The position numbers were made by a program, and so were the translations under genes. DNA of 64,000 nt, from the NCBI GenBank assembly GCA_964630205.1, contig CAZVTM010000006.1, positions 8,022-72,021 on the forward strand, written 5' to 3'. The notes beneath the pieces are model-generated. The model did no database searches and had not been told where the DNA came from. It saw only the letters and a list, made by a program, of their open reading frames with translations. Positions 41,105 through 50,327 of the stretch are shown here, piece after piece; position 1 is the first letter of the stretch; each line of letters begins with the position of its first letter. Source of the DNA: an uncultured Helicobacter sp. (GTDB lineage Bacteria; Campylobacterota; Campylobacteria; Campylobacterales; UBA6016).

Positions 41105-41551
41105 ATGAAAAAAACGCTCTTAATTTCAGCATTTTTCGTTGCATCTCTTTTTGCAAACACCACTGAAGCTGCAAAAGAAAATCTAGTTGTTGAAGAAAAA
41201 AACATAGTCCTAAACAACAATAACATAATCACCCTATCGGTAATTGGTCAAGGCGTAGCCCCTGAGCATACAATATCTCCAAGCCAGTCGCTTACATTGG
41301 CAAAAAAAGCGGCAAAAGCAGACGCCCTTGCTCAGCTTGCCGAAAAACTAAACGGAGTTAAAGTAGAAGGTTATGACCTTGTTAAAAATATGGTCGTACA
41401 AAGATCACAGGTTAAAACTTGCGTCTCTTCAATGGTTAGACATGCAAATATCGTTGAAACAAAATGCAAAGGCGACCTATGTGAAGTAGAAATGGAGCTG
41501 AAAATCGTCGGTAACAAATGGTATCCAGAACTAGCATCTGCCTACAAATAA
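41105..41551 (+). CDS. flgP: LPP20-family protein, FlgP-like (flagellar basal disk)
   Basis: It has the LPP20 pattern 'SLTLAKKAAKADALAQLAEKLNGVKVEG' and the position gyrA-X-Y-flgR-asd. It has a signal peptide but no lipobox Cys. Confidence 0.65.
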   Translation: MKKTLLISAFFVASLFANTTEAAKENLVVEEKNIVLNNNNIITLSVIGQGVAPEHTISPSQSLTLAKKAAKADALAQLAEKLNGVKVEGYDLVKNMVVQRSQVKTCVSSMVRHANIVETKCKGDLCEVEMELKIVGNKWYPELASAYK

Positions 41552-41904
41552 TATCGCTTTCCCTCTTCGGAGGGGACTACTATTTTACCTACTCTCTAAC
41601 ATCTAAAAATATAGTTGCCAGCTCAGAGAAACTACAAATCAGCAAAAAAATGACCCCCACGGAAGCGAAACCAATAAAGTATTTTGAAATCAGCAACGAC
41701 AGATATGCAAAAAATGAAAAAGAATTTGTCGCTCTCTATAAAGATGAGATAACAGAGTTAATCTTGGGGCAAAATGCCTTCATTCAATCAAGCTCAAAAA
41801 CAACTAACATGATAACCTCCGATATCTCAACGCTAAGAAGCTTGCCAACCCTTATAAACATTGATTTTAAAGAAGATTTTGGTATCATCGGCATATACGA
41901 GTAA
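41518..41904 (+). CDS. flgQ: FlgQ-like protein (by position); start uncertain
   Basis: It occupies the slot between flgP and flgR. The ATG at 41518 overlaps flgP by 34 nt, and an alternative ATG lies near 41650. Confidence 0.4.
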   Translation: MVSRTSICLQIISLSLFGGDYYFTYSLTSKNIVASSEKLQISKKMTPTEAKPIKYFEISNDRYAKNEKEFVALYKDEITELILGQNAFIQSSSKTTNMITSDISTLRSLPTLINIDFKEDFGIIGIYE

Positions 41905-41916
41905 GGGTAGCAAAAA

Positions 41917-43065
41917 GTGAAAATAGCGCTTGTAGAAGACGATATTAATATGCGAAAATCGCTGGAAATGGCGTTTTTATGCTATCCAGAATATGAACTA
42001 AAAACTTTCAAAAATCCCAAGGAAGCATTAAAGTCAATAGATGACAGCTTTGATTTGGTGATTTCAGACCTGACAATGCCGGGAATGGACGGCCTAGAGT
42101 TCGTCAAAGAGCTTGACGGGAGATTTCCTGTAGTTATCATTACGGGAAACGCCACGCTAAATAGGGCGATAGACTCGATAAGACTTGGTGTAAAAGATTT
42201 TATAACAAAACCTTTCGAGATACAAACCCTAATAGACGCAATCAAAAACGGCTCAAACGAAAAACCAAACCAAGTGTTGCAAAAACCAAAAAAAGACGAC
42301 TTAAAGACATCGACAAAAGATGGTTTTATTGCTATTTCAAAAGGGCTTGAGAGGGCGATAGAGGTCGCCAGTAAAGCTGCTGCCACAGATGCGAGCATCA
42401 TACTCTTGGGAGAGAGCGGTGTCGGTAAAGAGGTATTTGCCAACTTTATACACAAAAACTCACCGAGAAACGAAAGACCTTTTATTGCTATTAATATGGC
42501 GGCCATACCCGATAATCTAATAGAAAGCGAGCTATTTGGTTATGAAAAGGGGGCTTTTACCGACGCTCAAAATAGCAAGCCGGGCAGATTTGAACTAGCA
42601 AACGGCGGTACGTTATTTTTGGACGAAATTGCAGAGATGCCATATCCCCTCCAATCAAAGCTATTAAGGGTATTACAAGACAAAGAAATAACTAGGCTTG
42701 GCGGTACAAAACCGATAAAGATAGACGTCCGCATCATCTCTGCAACGAACGTAAATATAGAAAAAAATATTAAAGAAGGGTTGTTTAGGGAGGATTTGTA
42801 TTATCGTCTCAATACGATTCCGGTTAAGATCCCGCCGCTAAGAGAGAGGCAAGAAGAGATAATTCCTATAGCGGAGATGACCCTTGCAAATACGGCCAAA
42901 AAATACGGTGTCAAAGAGCACACGCTATCAGACGGTGCAAAAGAAGCTCTTATCAGGCATATATGGCAAGGCAACATCAGAGAGCTTATTTCCGTATGCG
43001 AAAGGGTTGCAATCTTAACGGATAACGATGTAATAGAGGCCGAAGACATAACACAAAATTTATAA
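41917..43065 (+). CDS. flgR: sigma-54-dependent response regulator FlgR, lacking a C-terminal DNA-binding domain
   Basis: It has a receiver domain ('DLVISDLTMPGMDG') and an AAA+ domain ('GESGVGKE', 'GAFTDA' GAFTGA-like, 'ELFGYEKGAFT'). It ends right after the AAA+ lid. Confidence 0.8.
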   Translation: MKIALVEDDINMRKSLEMAFLCYPEYELKTFKNPKEALKSIDDSFDLVISDLTMPGMDGLEFVKELDGRFPVVIITGNATLNRAIDSIRLGVKDFITKPFEIQTLIDAIKNGSNEKPNQVLQKPKKDDLKTSTKDGFIAISKGLERAIEVASKAAATDASIILLGESGVGKEVFANFIHKNSPRNERPFIAINMAAIPDNLIESELFGYEKGAFTDAQNSKPGRFELANGGTLFLDEIAEMPYPLQSKLLRVLQDKEITRLGGTKPIKIDVRIISATNVNIEKNIKEGLFREDLYYRLNTIPVKIPPLRERQEEIIPIAEMTLANTAKKYGVKEHTLSDGAKEALIRHIWQGNIRELISVCERVAILTDNDVIEAEDITQNL

Positions 43066-43083
43066 TCTAAAAGGGAAGAAAAC

Positions 43084-44118
43084 TTGAAAGAATATATAGT
43101 AGCAGTAGCGGGAGCCACAGGCGCCGTCGGACAAGAGATGATAGAAGTTTTGCAGGAGTTTAAGCTGCCTATAAAAAAGCTTATCCCACTAGCAAGCGCG
43201 AACAGCCTTGGCAAAAAGATAGAATTCAGAGGCGAAGAGATAGCCGTAAAAGAGCTAACCGAGAGCGTATTTAAAGAAGAGGGCGTAGAAATAGCACTTT
43301 TTAGCGCTGGCGGCAGCGTATCGGCAAAATATGCGCCCCATGCAGCGGCGGCTGGAGCGGTCGTTATCGACAATACAAGCCACTTTAGGATGCAAGAAGA
43401 TGTGCCGCTAGTCGTGCCTGAGGTAAACAAAGAAGACATCAAGGATTGGAAAAAAACAGGCGTTATAGCAAATCCAAACTGCTCCACAATTCAGATGGTA
43501 ACGGCTCTTAAACCGCTTGATGAGCTTTTTGATATAGAGAGAATAGATATAGCCACCTATCAGGCTACAAGCGGTGCCGGTATGCAGGCAATGGAAGAGT
43601 TGGTTGACCAGATGAAAAAGTTTTTTGAGTTCAAACTGGACGATTATAAACCGCAAAAATTCGTCCACCAAATAGCTCTCAATCTTATTCCCCAAATAGA
43701 CAGCTTCCTTGAGAGCGGCTACACAAAAGAAGAGATGAAAATGGTCAATGAGACCCAAAAAATCATGCACAAAAATATGCAGGTTTCTGCAACATGCGTA
43801 CGCGTACCGGTACTTAGAGGACACAGCGAAGCAGTGACTATCAAGTGCAAAAAACCGGTAGACGCAGCGAAAGCTAGAGAGGCTCTCGCAAAAGCTGAGA
43901 GTATCGTAGTGCAAGACGAGCCGTCAAAATCTGTCTATCCTATGCCTCGCCCGACATCCGGCACAAACGACACTTATGTAGGCAGAATCAGGGTTGACAA
44001 CTTCGATTCGCATATTCTCCACCTATGGATAGTTGCCGACAACCTCAGAGTAGGTGCCGCCACTAATGCGGTTAGGATAGCAAAAGAGTGGATAGCAATG
44101 CAGGAGGACAATAAATGA
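43084..44118 (+). CDS. asd: aspartate-semialdehyde dehydrogenase
   Basis: Contains 'VAVAGATGAVG', 'NPNCSTIQM' (active Cys) and 'QATSGAG'. It uses a TTG start with an AAGGGAAG SD. Confidence 0.95.
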   Translation: MKEYIVAVAGATGAVGQEMIEVLQEFKLPIKKLIPLASANSLGKKIEFRGEEIAVKELTESVFKEEGVEIALFSAGGSVSAKYAPHAAAAGAVVIDNTSHFRMQEDVPLVVPEVNKEDIKDWKKTGVIANPNCSTIQMVTALKPLDELFDIERIDIATYQATSGAGMQAMEELVDQMKKFFEFKLDDYKPQKFVHQIALNLIPQIDSFLESGYTKEEMKMVNETQKIMHKNMQVSATCVRVPVLRGHSEAVTIKCKKPVDAAKAREALAKAESIVVQDEPSKSVYPMPRPTSGTNDTYVGRIRVDNFDSHILHLWIVADNLRVGAATNAVRIAKEWIAMQEDNK

Positions 44119-44690
44119 AATGTGACAACCCGCAAAACGATCAAGAAAGAGCAAGGTGCAACGATCTAAAAGAGTCGCCTTGGTATGAAAGCGCATTTGA
44201 AAACTTCCTTTGGAATAGCAGGCTATGGGTACTTTTTGCAGTCGTATCGGCTCTTATAGCGGCCGTGGCTCTTTTTATTATAGGAACTTTGGATGTATTG
44301 GACGTAGTAAGGCAACTATGGAACTACTACATACTGAGCGATCACTCGCATGATATACATGCAACCGCCGTTAGCGAGATTATAGGAGCCGTAGATTTAT
44401 ATCTTATAGGCATAGTAATGCTGCTTTTTAGTTTCGGTATTTATGAGCTTTTTATATCGCAAATCGACCCTGCCGTAGAACACAGCTCATCAAAAATTCT
44501 TGAGATACACTCTCTAGACGAACTAAAAGATAAAGTTGCAAAAGTCATCATAATGGTGCTTGTAGTCAAATACTTCCAAATGGTGCTTGATATGAAATTT
44601 GAGGGGCCGCTTGAGATGTTATACCTTGCCGGCTCTATTCTTGCGCTCTCATTGGCGCTATATTTTTTACACAAAGGCGGGGAACATTAA
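44115..44690 (+). CDS. YqhA/UPF0114 family membrane protein
   Basis: The 'FENFLWNSRLWVLFAVV' start and a four-helix topology are typical of UPF0114. Confidence 0.65.
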   Translation: MKCDNPQNDQERARCNDLKESPWYESAFENFLWNSRLWVLFAVVSALIAAVALFIIGTLDVLDVVRQLWNYYILSDHSHDIHATAVSEIIGAVDLYLIGIVMLLFSFGIYELFISQIDPAVEHSSSKILEIHSLDELKDKVAKVIIMVLVVKYFQMVLDMKFEGPLEMLYLAGSILALSLALYFLHKGGEH

Positions 44691-45707
44691 TTGGTTTTTA
44701 TAGATGCATGCTTTAAAAAGCCCACAAAGCACACTCCAATATGGATGATGAGACAAGCCGGTAGATATCTGCCAGAGTATAGGGCGACGAGATCAAAAGC
44801 AAAAGATTTTATAGATTTTTGCAGACGCCCAGACCTTGCGACGGAGGCTACGCTTCAACCGATAGATATATTAGACGTCGATGCGGCAATCCTTTTTAGC
44901 GATATTCTTGTGGTGCCGCTTGAGATGGGCATGAAACTAGAGTTCATAGAAAAAAAAGGGCCGGTGTTTCATGACCCCGTTAGTACGATGGCTGACCTTG
45001 AGAGGCTATCCAAAACTCCGCAGGATAATCTCGGATATGTGTATGAGGCGGTAAGCCAAATAAGAAAAAGCTTGCCTGCAGACAAAGCGCTAATAGGCTT
45101 TGCGGGAAGCCCATGGACGCTTGCTACATATATGGTAGAAGGACAAGGAAGCAAAACTTTTGAGAAAATCAAAAAAGAGGTGTACAAAAACCCTGAATTT
45201 ATGAAAGCGCTTCTATCAATGCTAACGGAAAGCGTCAAAAAATATCTCATCAATCAAATAGATGCCGGCGCAAATGCCGTACAGGTATTTGACAGCTGGG
45301 GCGGCGCACTCGAAGAGGATAAATTCTTTGAATTTAGCTGGAAATATATGCTCGAAATCAGTGAGTTTATCAAAAAAGAGAGACCGAATATCCCCGTAAT
45401 ACTGTTCTCAAAAGGGATAGGTACCTATATGGACAAAATAAGCGGCAACTTCGATGTATTCGGCGTTGACTGGGGTACGCCTATGAAACTTGCAAAAGAA
45501 AAAGTATTCAACAGATACGCCCTTCAAGGTAATCTTGAGCCGTCTCGTCTTTATGATAAAGCCGAAATGTTAAAGGGCGCCGAGGATATACTCTCTTTGT
45601 TCAAGGGGCAAAGCGGCCACATCTTCAACCTAGGGCACGGGATGATTCCTGACCTTCCGGTTGAAAATGCAAAAGAGCTTGTAAGTTTCGTACACTCATA
45701 CCGATAA
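44691..45707 (+). CDS. hemE: uroporphyrinogen decarboxylase
   Basis: Contains '[15 protein letters not shown]' and 'FDSWGG'. It uses a TTG start. Confidence 0.95.
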   Translation: MVFIDACFKKPTKHTPIWMMRQAGRYLPEYRATRSKAKDFIDFCRRPDLATEATLQPIDILDVDAAILFSDILVVPLEMGMKLEFIEKKGPVFHDPVSTMADLERLSKTPQDNLGYVYEAVSQIRKSLPADKALIGFAGSPWTLATYMVEGQGSKTFEKIKKEVYKNPEFMKALLSMLTESVKKYLINQIDAGANAVQVFDSWGGALEEDKFFEFSWKYMLEISEFIKKERPNIPVILFSKGIGTYMDKISGNFDVFGVDWGTPMKLAKEKVFNRYALQGNLEPSRLYDKAEMLKGAEDILSLFKGQSGHIFNLGHGMIPDLPVENAKELVSFVHSYR

Positions 45708-45717
45708 GGAGATTACT

Positions 45718-46092
45718 ATGAAGTTTTCAAAACTGTTGATTTCGTTTATTCTTTCGTTGTCTATTTTTAGCTCCTCGCTATTTGCCGAAATGGTAGAGAC
45801 GAGAGCGATGTTAAATACAGAGACTTCAAAAGCCAACATTGATTCATTCCTAGCCAGAAGCGATGTGCAGCAAAAACTTGCGGCCCTAGGCGTAGATGAG
45901 GCTACAATCAAAGATAGAATGGCCTCTTTGACAAGCGACGAAATAGCGCAAATCAGCCAAAAAATAGATGAGATGCCTGCCGGCGGCGATGCCGGAATTA
46001 TCGGTGTTCTCGTATTTATATTCGTGCTACTTTTGATTACCGATATTTTGGGGCTTACAAAAGTGTATAGTTTTACAAGGTCTGTTAGATAA
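45718..46092 (+). CDS. PA2779-like small secreted/membrane-anchored protein
   Basis: It has a signal peptide, then 'FLARSDVQQKLAALGVDEATIKDRMASLTSDEIAQISQKIDEMPAGGD', then a C-terminal TM helix. The pattern matches my recollection of the PA2779 family. Confidence 0.55.
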   Translation: MKFSKLLISFILSLSIFSSSLFAEMVETRAMLNTETSKANIDSFLARSDVQQKLAALGVDEATIKDRMASLTSDEIAQISQKIDEMPAGGDAGIIGVLVFIFVLLLITDILGLTKVYSFTRSVR

Positions 46093-47018
46093 AACACCTA
46101 TTTTTTTGCGCGTTAGCCCTGCTGCTTGCCGGGTGCGCGCCGAAAAATTACGACTACATCTTAAAAGATACATCCATTATCCCCTCAAAAAGGGCGAAAC
46201 CACATATTTATCCACAAGACTCTTACCACTGCGGACCATCCTCTCTTGCTACAGTTTTTGAAAAAGAGCGAATAGCTTTTGACTATAGCGATTTATTGAA
46301 ACACACTTTTACACCGGGGCTCAAAGGGACGCTGCAACCACAGATGAAAGCAACGGCCAGAAAATACGGCTTGATACCTTATGAAACGGGCAAAAGCCTA
46401 AAAGACATTTTATTAGAACTATCAAACGATACGTCAGTTATAGTACTATTCAATCTTGGATTAAAAACCCTTCCGGTCTGGCACTACAGCGTAGTTACAG
46501 GGTATGACAAAATAGAAAAAAAAGTTTTTTTGTCTGCCCCTAACGGCCTAGAGACGTGGATGAGCTTTGAGGAGTTTGAGACGTTTTTTGAGAGAGGAGG
46601 CAAATGGGGGATATCACTGATAAAACCGCCGAAACTTCCTAAAACATCAACCGAAAGTGATATCATAGCCGCAATACTAGATATGTACGAAATAGACCAA
46701 AAAGAGATAGCTAAGCAAGCGGCGTTCGCTTACCTCTCAAATAATCCATCTTCTTATGCCGCAATGGTTTTGGTCGCGAATATATATCTGAAAGAAGATG
46801 ATTATAGAAGCGCCGCTTTTATGTATAATGAAATTTTGAAGATAATGCCCGACGAACCTTCCGTGCTAAATAATTTGGCTACCTCGCTTTTAAAACAAAA
46901 AAAATACGATGAAGCAAAAAAATACGCTTTAAAGGCGGTCAAAATAGGCGGTAAATTTGTGCAAAACTATCAAAATACATTGAGTGAAATAGAAAAAGCT
47001 ATAAAGGAACAAAAATGA
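46089..47018 (+). CDS. PA2778-like C39-type cysteine peptidase-TPR lipoprotein; no canonical start codon (ATA at 46089)
   Basis: The frame is open from 46089. It has the lipobox 'LLLAGC' (Cys codon 46134), the putative catalytic 'YHCGPSSLATVF' (46230) and 'WHYSVVTGYD', plus C-terminal TPRs. The first ATG/GTG/TTG in frame is at 46296, after the catalytic Cys. Confidence 0.55.
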   Translation: MKHLFFCALALLLAGCAPKNYDYILKDTSIIPSKRAKPHIYPQDSYHCGPSSLATVFEKERIAFDYSDLLKHTFTPGLKGTLQPQMKATARKYGLIPYETGKSLKDILLELSNDTSVIVLFNLGLKTLPVWHYSVVTGYDKIEKKVFLSAPNGLETWMSFEEFETFFERGGKWGISLIKPPKLPKTSTESDIIAAILDMYEIDQKEIAKQAAFAYLSNNPSSYAAMVLVANIYLKEDDYRSAAFMYNEILKIMPDEPSVLNNLATSLLKQKKYDEAKKYALKAVKIGGKFVQNYQNTLSEIEKAIKEQK

Positions 47019-48826
47019 ATAAATGGATTGAAACTTTATCAAAAGAGAGTGAACTTTTTATAGTTGATAAAGAGGTTGACGTATTTCTAGAGGCGGCACA
47101 TATAGCCTATCTCGAGATGAAAAAAGACAATCCAAAAGCCATATTGTTCACAAAACCAATCAATAAAAAATTAGGTATCAAATATGATACTCCGATCCTT
47201 GCTAATGTATTTGGAAGTACCAAAAAATGTGAATTAGTGTTTGGCGGCGATTTCAATAAAATAGCCGAAAAAATAGAAGGATTTTTAAAACTCAAAAAAC
47301 CAAAAACACTCAAAGAAAAAATATCGAAATTCAAAGATATTCTTGCCCTAAGACACGTATTTCCAAAGTCTGTATCAACCGGCGAATGTCAAGATATAGT
47401 CTATCCGCAAGGCAAAAGACTAGATGAGATAATGCCTATTCTTACCACATGGAAAGATGACGGCGGACCGTTTATTACGATGGGGCAGATATATACAAAA
47501 AGCTTAGATGACGGCATGAAAAATGTCGGAATGTACAGGCTGCAACTATTTGACGACAACACGCTAGGACTTCACTGGCAGATACACAAAGACTCAAATC
47601 ACTTTTTCCACGAATACAAGAAAGCTGGGCAAAAGATGCCGGTGGCAATAGCGATAGGAGGCGATCCACTATACACTTGGTGCGCTACAGCCCCTATGCC
47701 AAAAGGGTTTTTTGAGCTTATGCTATACGGTCTCATTAGAGGTAAAAAAGCAAAAATGGTGAAATGCAAAACCGTTGATTTAGAAGTGCCTGCCGATGTT
47801 GATTTTGTGATTGAAGGCTTCGTGGATACTTCAAAAGTAAAAGACGAGGGTCCTTTTGGCGACCATACGGGATATTACACACCTATCGAGCCGTATCCAT
47901 ACCTCGACGTAACTGCGGTAACTAGCAAAAAAAATCCGGTATTTTATGCAACCGTTGTGGGTAAACCGCCTATTGAAGACAAATACATGGGGTATGCAAC
48001 TGAGAGGATATTTTTGCCGCTCATCAAAACTACCGCACCCGATATTATAGACTATGCCATGCCTGAAAACGGTGTATTTCACAATCTAATCCTAGCAAAA
48101 ATAGACACGCTCTATCCTGGTCACGCAAAGCAGGCTATGCACGCATTTTGGGGCGTAGGGCAGATGAGCTTTGTCAAGCACGCCCTGTTTTTCCCAAAAG
48201 ACGCGCCGCACCTCAGAAATTACGATGAAATAGTCAAATTTATAGCCAATAGACTAAAAGCGGAGCATCTACTTATCAGCGAGGGTGTGCTGGACGCCCT
48301 AGACCACTCCAGCGACTCTTTTGCATACGGCGGCAAGTTAGGTATTGACCTGACGGACGCAAAACCTTATAACGCAGATTTTGAGGACATAAGCGACGAA
48401 GATGCAGCCACTATATTGGGTGCAAAGGAGGCAAAAATATACCTCAAAGATACGCCAAACCGCGTACTCTCTGCCAAAATAAACAGAGTTACCACTGCAA
48501 AAGAGATATTTGAAAAAACCAAAAGTGAGCTATCAAAATACGCCAAAATAGTCGTGATATTTGACGAGGAAAACAACGATTTAGGCAATCCGTATATGCT
48601 TTTTTGGAGACTCCTAAACAATATGGATGCAAAAAGAGATATATATATTGATGGCGAATTTATCTTTGTGGACGCAACAAAAAAAGGTAAAAAAGACGGA
48701 TTTGAAAGAGAGTGGCCAAATGACACAGTCTGCGAAAGAGAAATATTAGATAGCTTAAAATCAAAGAGTATTATTGATTTTGACGAAGAGTTTTTAAGAA
48801 AATGGCAGATAGTCGATTTTGACTAA
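47015..48826 (+). CDS. UbiD-family (prenylated-FMN) decarboxylase, menaquinone-biosynthesis type
   Basis: It is about 603 aa with 'GGPFITMG', 'NVGMYRLQ', 'HWQIHKD' and 'GPFGDHTGYY' UbiD motifs. Confidence 0.85.
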   Translation: MNKWIETLSKESELFIVDKEVDVFLEAAHIAYLEMKKDNPKAILFTKPINKKLGIKYDTPILANVFGSTKKCELVFGGDFNKIAEKIEGFLKLKKPKTLKEKISKFKDILALRHVFPKSVSTGECQDIVYPQGKRLDEIMPILTTWKDDGGPFITMGQIYTKSLDDGMKNVGMYRLQLFDDNTLGLHWQIHKDSNHFFHEYKKAGQKMPVAIAIGGDPLYTWCATAPMPKGFFELMLYGLIRGKKAKMVKCKTVDLEVPADVDFVIEGFVDTSKVKDEGPFGDHTGYYTPIEPYPYLDVTAVTSKKNPVFYATVVGKPPIEDKYMGYATERIFLPLIKTTAPDIIDYAMPENGVFHNLILAKIDTLYPGHAKQAMHAFWGVGQMSFVKHALFFPKDAPHLRNYDEIVKFIANRLKAEHLLISEGVLDALDHSSDSFAYGGKLGIDLTDAKPYNADFEDISDEDAATILGAKEAKIYLKDTPNRVLSAKINRVTTAKEIFEKTKSELSKYAKIVVIFDEENNDLGNPYMLFWRLLNNMDAKRDIYIDGEFIFVDATKKGKKDGFEREWPNDTVCEREILDSLKSKSIIDFDEEFLRKWQIVDFD

Positions 48827-49342
48827 ATGATAAACGCACTAAACTATTCATCATCAAGATCAAATATAACTTACGCCGTTAAAGGTGGAGAAAATGGTGC
48901 CCAAAAAATAGAAGAATCCGATAAAAAACAAGATTCTAAAGAAAAAGAGACCATAGCCAAACTACAGGCCAGAGATACCGAAGTCAGAGCTCACGAAGCG
49001 GCCCATATAGCAGCGGGCGGAGGGATAGCAGGTGGAGCAAGCTATGACTATCAAATAGGCCCCGACGGCAAAGCCTACGCCGTTGGAGGAGAAGTGCCGA
49101 TAGATATAAGCACGGAAGGCGACGCAAAAGATACGCAAGCCAAAATGCAAAAAGTAAAAGCTGCAGCTCTAGCCCCTGCGAGTCCAAGTCCTCAAGATAT
49201 TAAAGTCGCTGCAACAGCCTCGATGATAGAGATGAAAGCAAAAATGGATGAATTAAAAGAAAAAAGCGAAGAAGCCAAAGATGGCGTTAAAAAAGCAGGG
49301 CTAAAAAAATATGAAGAATCTCAGAATATGAGCAAAAGCTAG
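48827..49342 (+). CDS. SprA-related putative metalloprotease-like protein
   Basis: Contains 'LQARDTEVRAHEAAHIAAGG' followed by 'GPDGKAYAVGGEV'. This matches my recollection of the SprA-related/CJM1_0395-type family. Confidence 0.55.
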   Translation: MINALNYSSSRSNITYAVKGGENGAQKIEESDKKQDSKEKETIAKLQARDTEVRAHEAAHIAAGGGIAGGASYDYQIGPDGKAYAVGGEVPIDISTEGDAKDTQAKMQKVKAAALAPASPSPQDIKVAATASMIEMKAKMDELKEKSEEAKDGVKKAGLKKYEESQNMSKS

Positions 49343-49357
49343 AAAGTAGAGGAAGGG

Positions 49358-50317
49358 TTATACCCCCGCCTCTTCTCTTCTAAGTAGATATTCCCATCTC
49401 TCATCTACATCTTTTTGGAACTGTTCGATGATATGCTCATTTTTAGGAGTAAATAAATGTTTAAATCTACCTTGAGCAGCCATATAATCCCTTACAGGAA
49501 TTTTATTTTTAGGTTTATATGTTATTGTCAATTTCGTACCGTTCTCTATTTCAAATAGAGGGAATACGCAAGACTCAACAGCAAGCTCATTAATCTCCAT
49601 ACCTCTATGTGGCTCAAATTTCCATTCTGTAGGGCATGGGCTAACGGCGTTAAGGAATGAAGGGCCGCCGCACTCAAAACCTTTTTGTACTTTTTTTACC
49701 ATGTCTTTCCAATGAGAAGGGGACACCTGCGCGACATAAGTAGCACCGCTTGCGGCCATAATGCCTATGATGTCTTTTTTCTTGTGCTTTTCACCGTAAG
49801 ACTCTCTACCTGCTGGAGAGGTTGTTGTTGCGCCGCCGATAGGGGTGGATGAACTTCTTTGACCGCCAGTATTCATATACCCTTCGTTGTCAAGGCAGAC
49901 ATACATCATGTCATGACCTCTTTCAAGGCATCCGCTTATCCATTGAAGACCTATGTCGTATGTACCGCCATCACCGCCAAAGGCTACGAATTTTGTAGGC
50001 TTGGTTTCACCACCAGGCAATTTACCTTTTCTTTTTAAAACTTTATACATTGACTCGGCACCGGCTATAGCCGTAGAGCCATTCTCAAAGCCGATATGGA
50101 TTGAGCTAACGTCCCAGCTTGTAAAAGGGTAAATCGATGTACATACCTCAAGACATCCTGTGCTGTATCCTGCTACGATGTTGTAATCTGTAGCATTCAT
50201 AATCTCTCTAACGATAATAGAGTGTGAACATCCAGGACAAAGTCTATGCCCACCCTCGAATCTCTCTAGAGAAGTCGAAAATTCTTTTAAGTTTTTAATT
50301 TCTTTTATACCGCTCAT
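49358..50317 (-). CDS. porB: pyruvate:ferredoxin oxidoreductase beta (TPP-binding) subunit
   Basis: Contains 'CPGCSH' and the 'GGDGGTYDIG' TPP motif. It is the last gene of a four-gene POR operon. Confidence 0.9.
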   Translation of the reverse strand: MSGIKEIKNLKEFSTSLERFEGGHRLCPGCSHSIIVREIMNATDYNIVAGYSTGCLEVCTSIYPFTSWDVSSIHIGFENGSTAIAGAESMYKVLKRKGKLPGGETKPTKFVAFGGDGGTYDIGLQWISGCLERGHDMMYVCLDNEGYMNTGGQRSSSTPIGGATTTSPAGRESYGEKHKKKDIIGIMAASGATYVAQVSPSHWKDMVKKVQKGFECGGPSFLNAVSPCPTEWKFEPHRGMEINELAVESCVFPLFEIENGTKLTITYKPKNKIPVRDYMAAQGRFKHLFTPKNEHIIEQFQKDVDERWEYLLRREEAGV

Positions 50318-50327
50318 GATTTACCCT

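Noticed and set aside
41563-41576. The CCCTC-TTCG-GAGGG hairpin just after flgP could be a terminator.
   Set aside because: The stem is only 5 bp with no following T-run, and it lies within the only open frame for the flgQ-slot gene. It is mentioned under the flagellar cluster finding instead.
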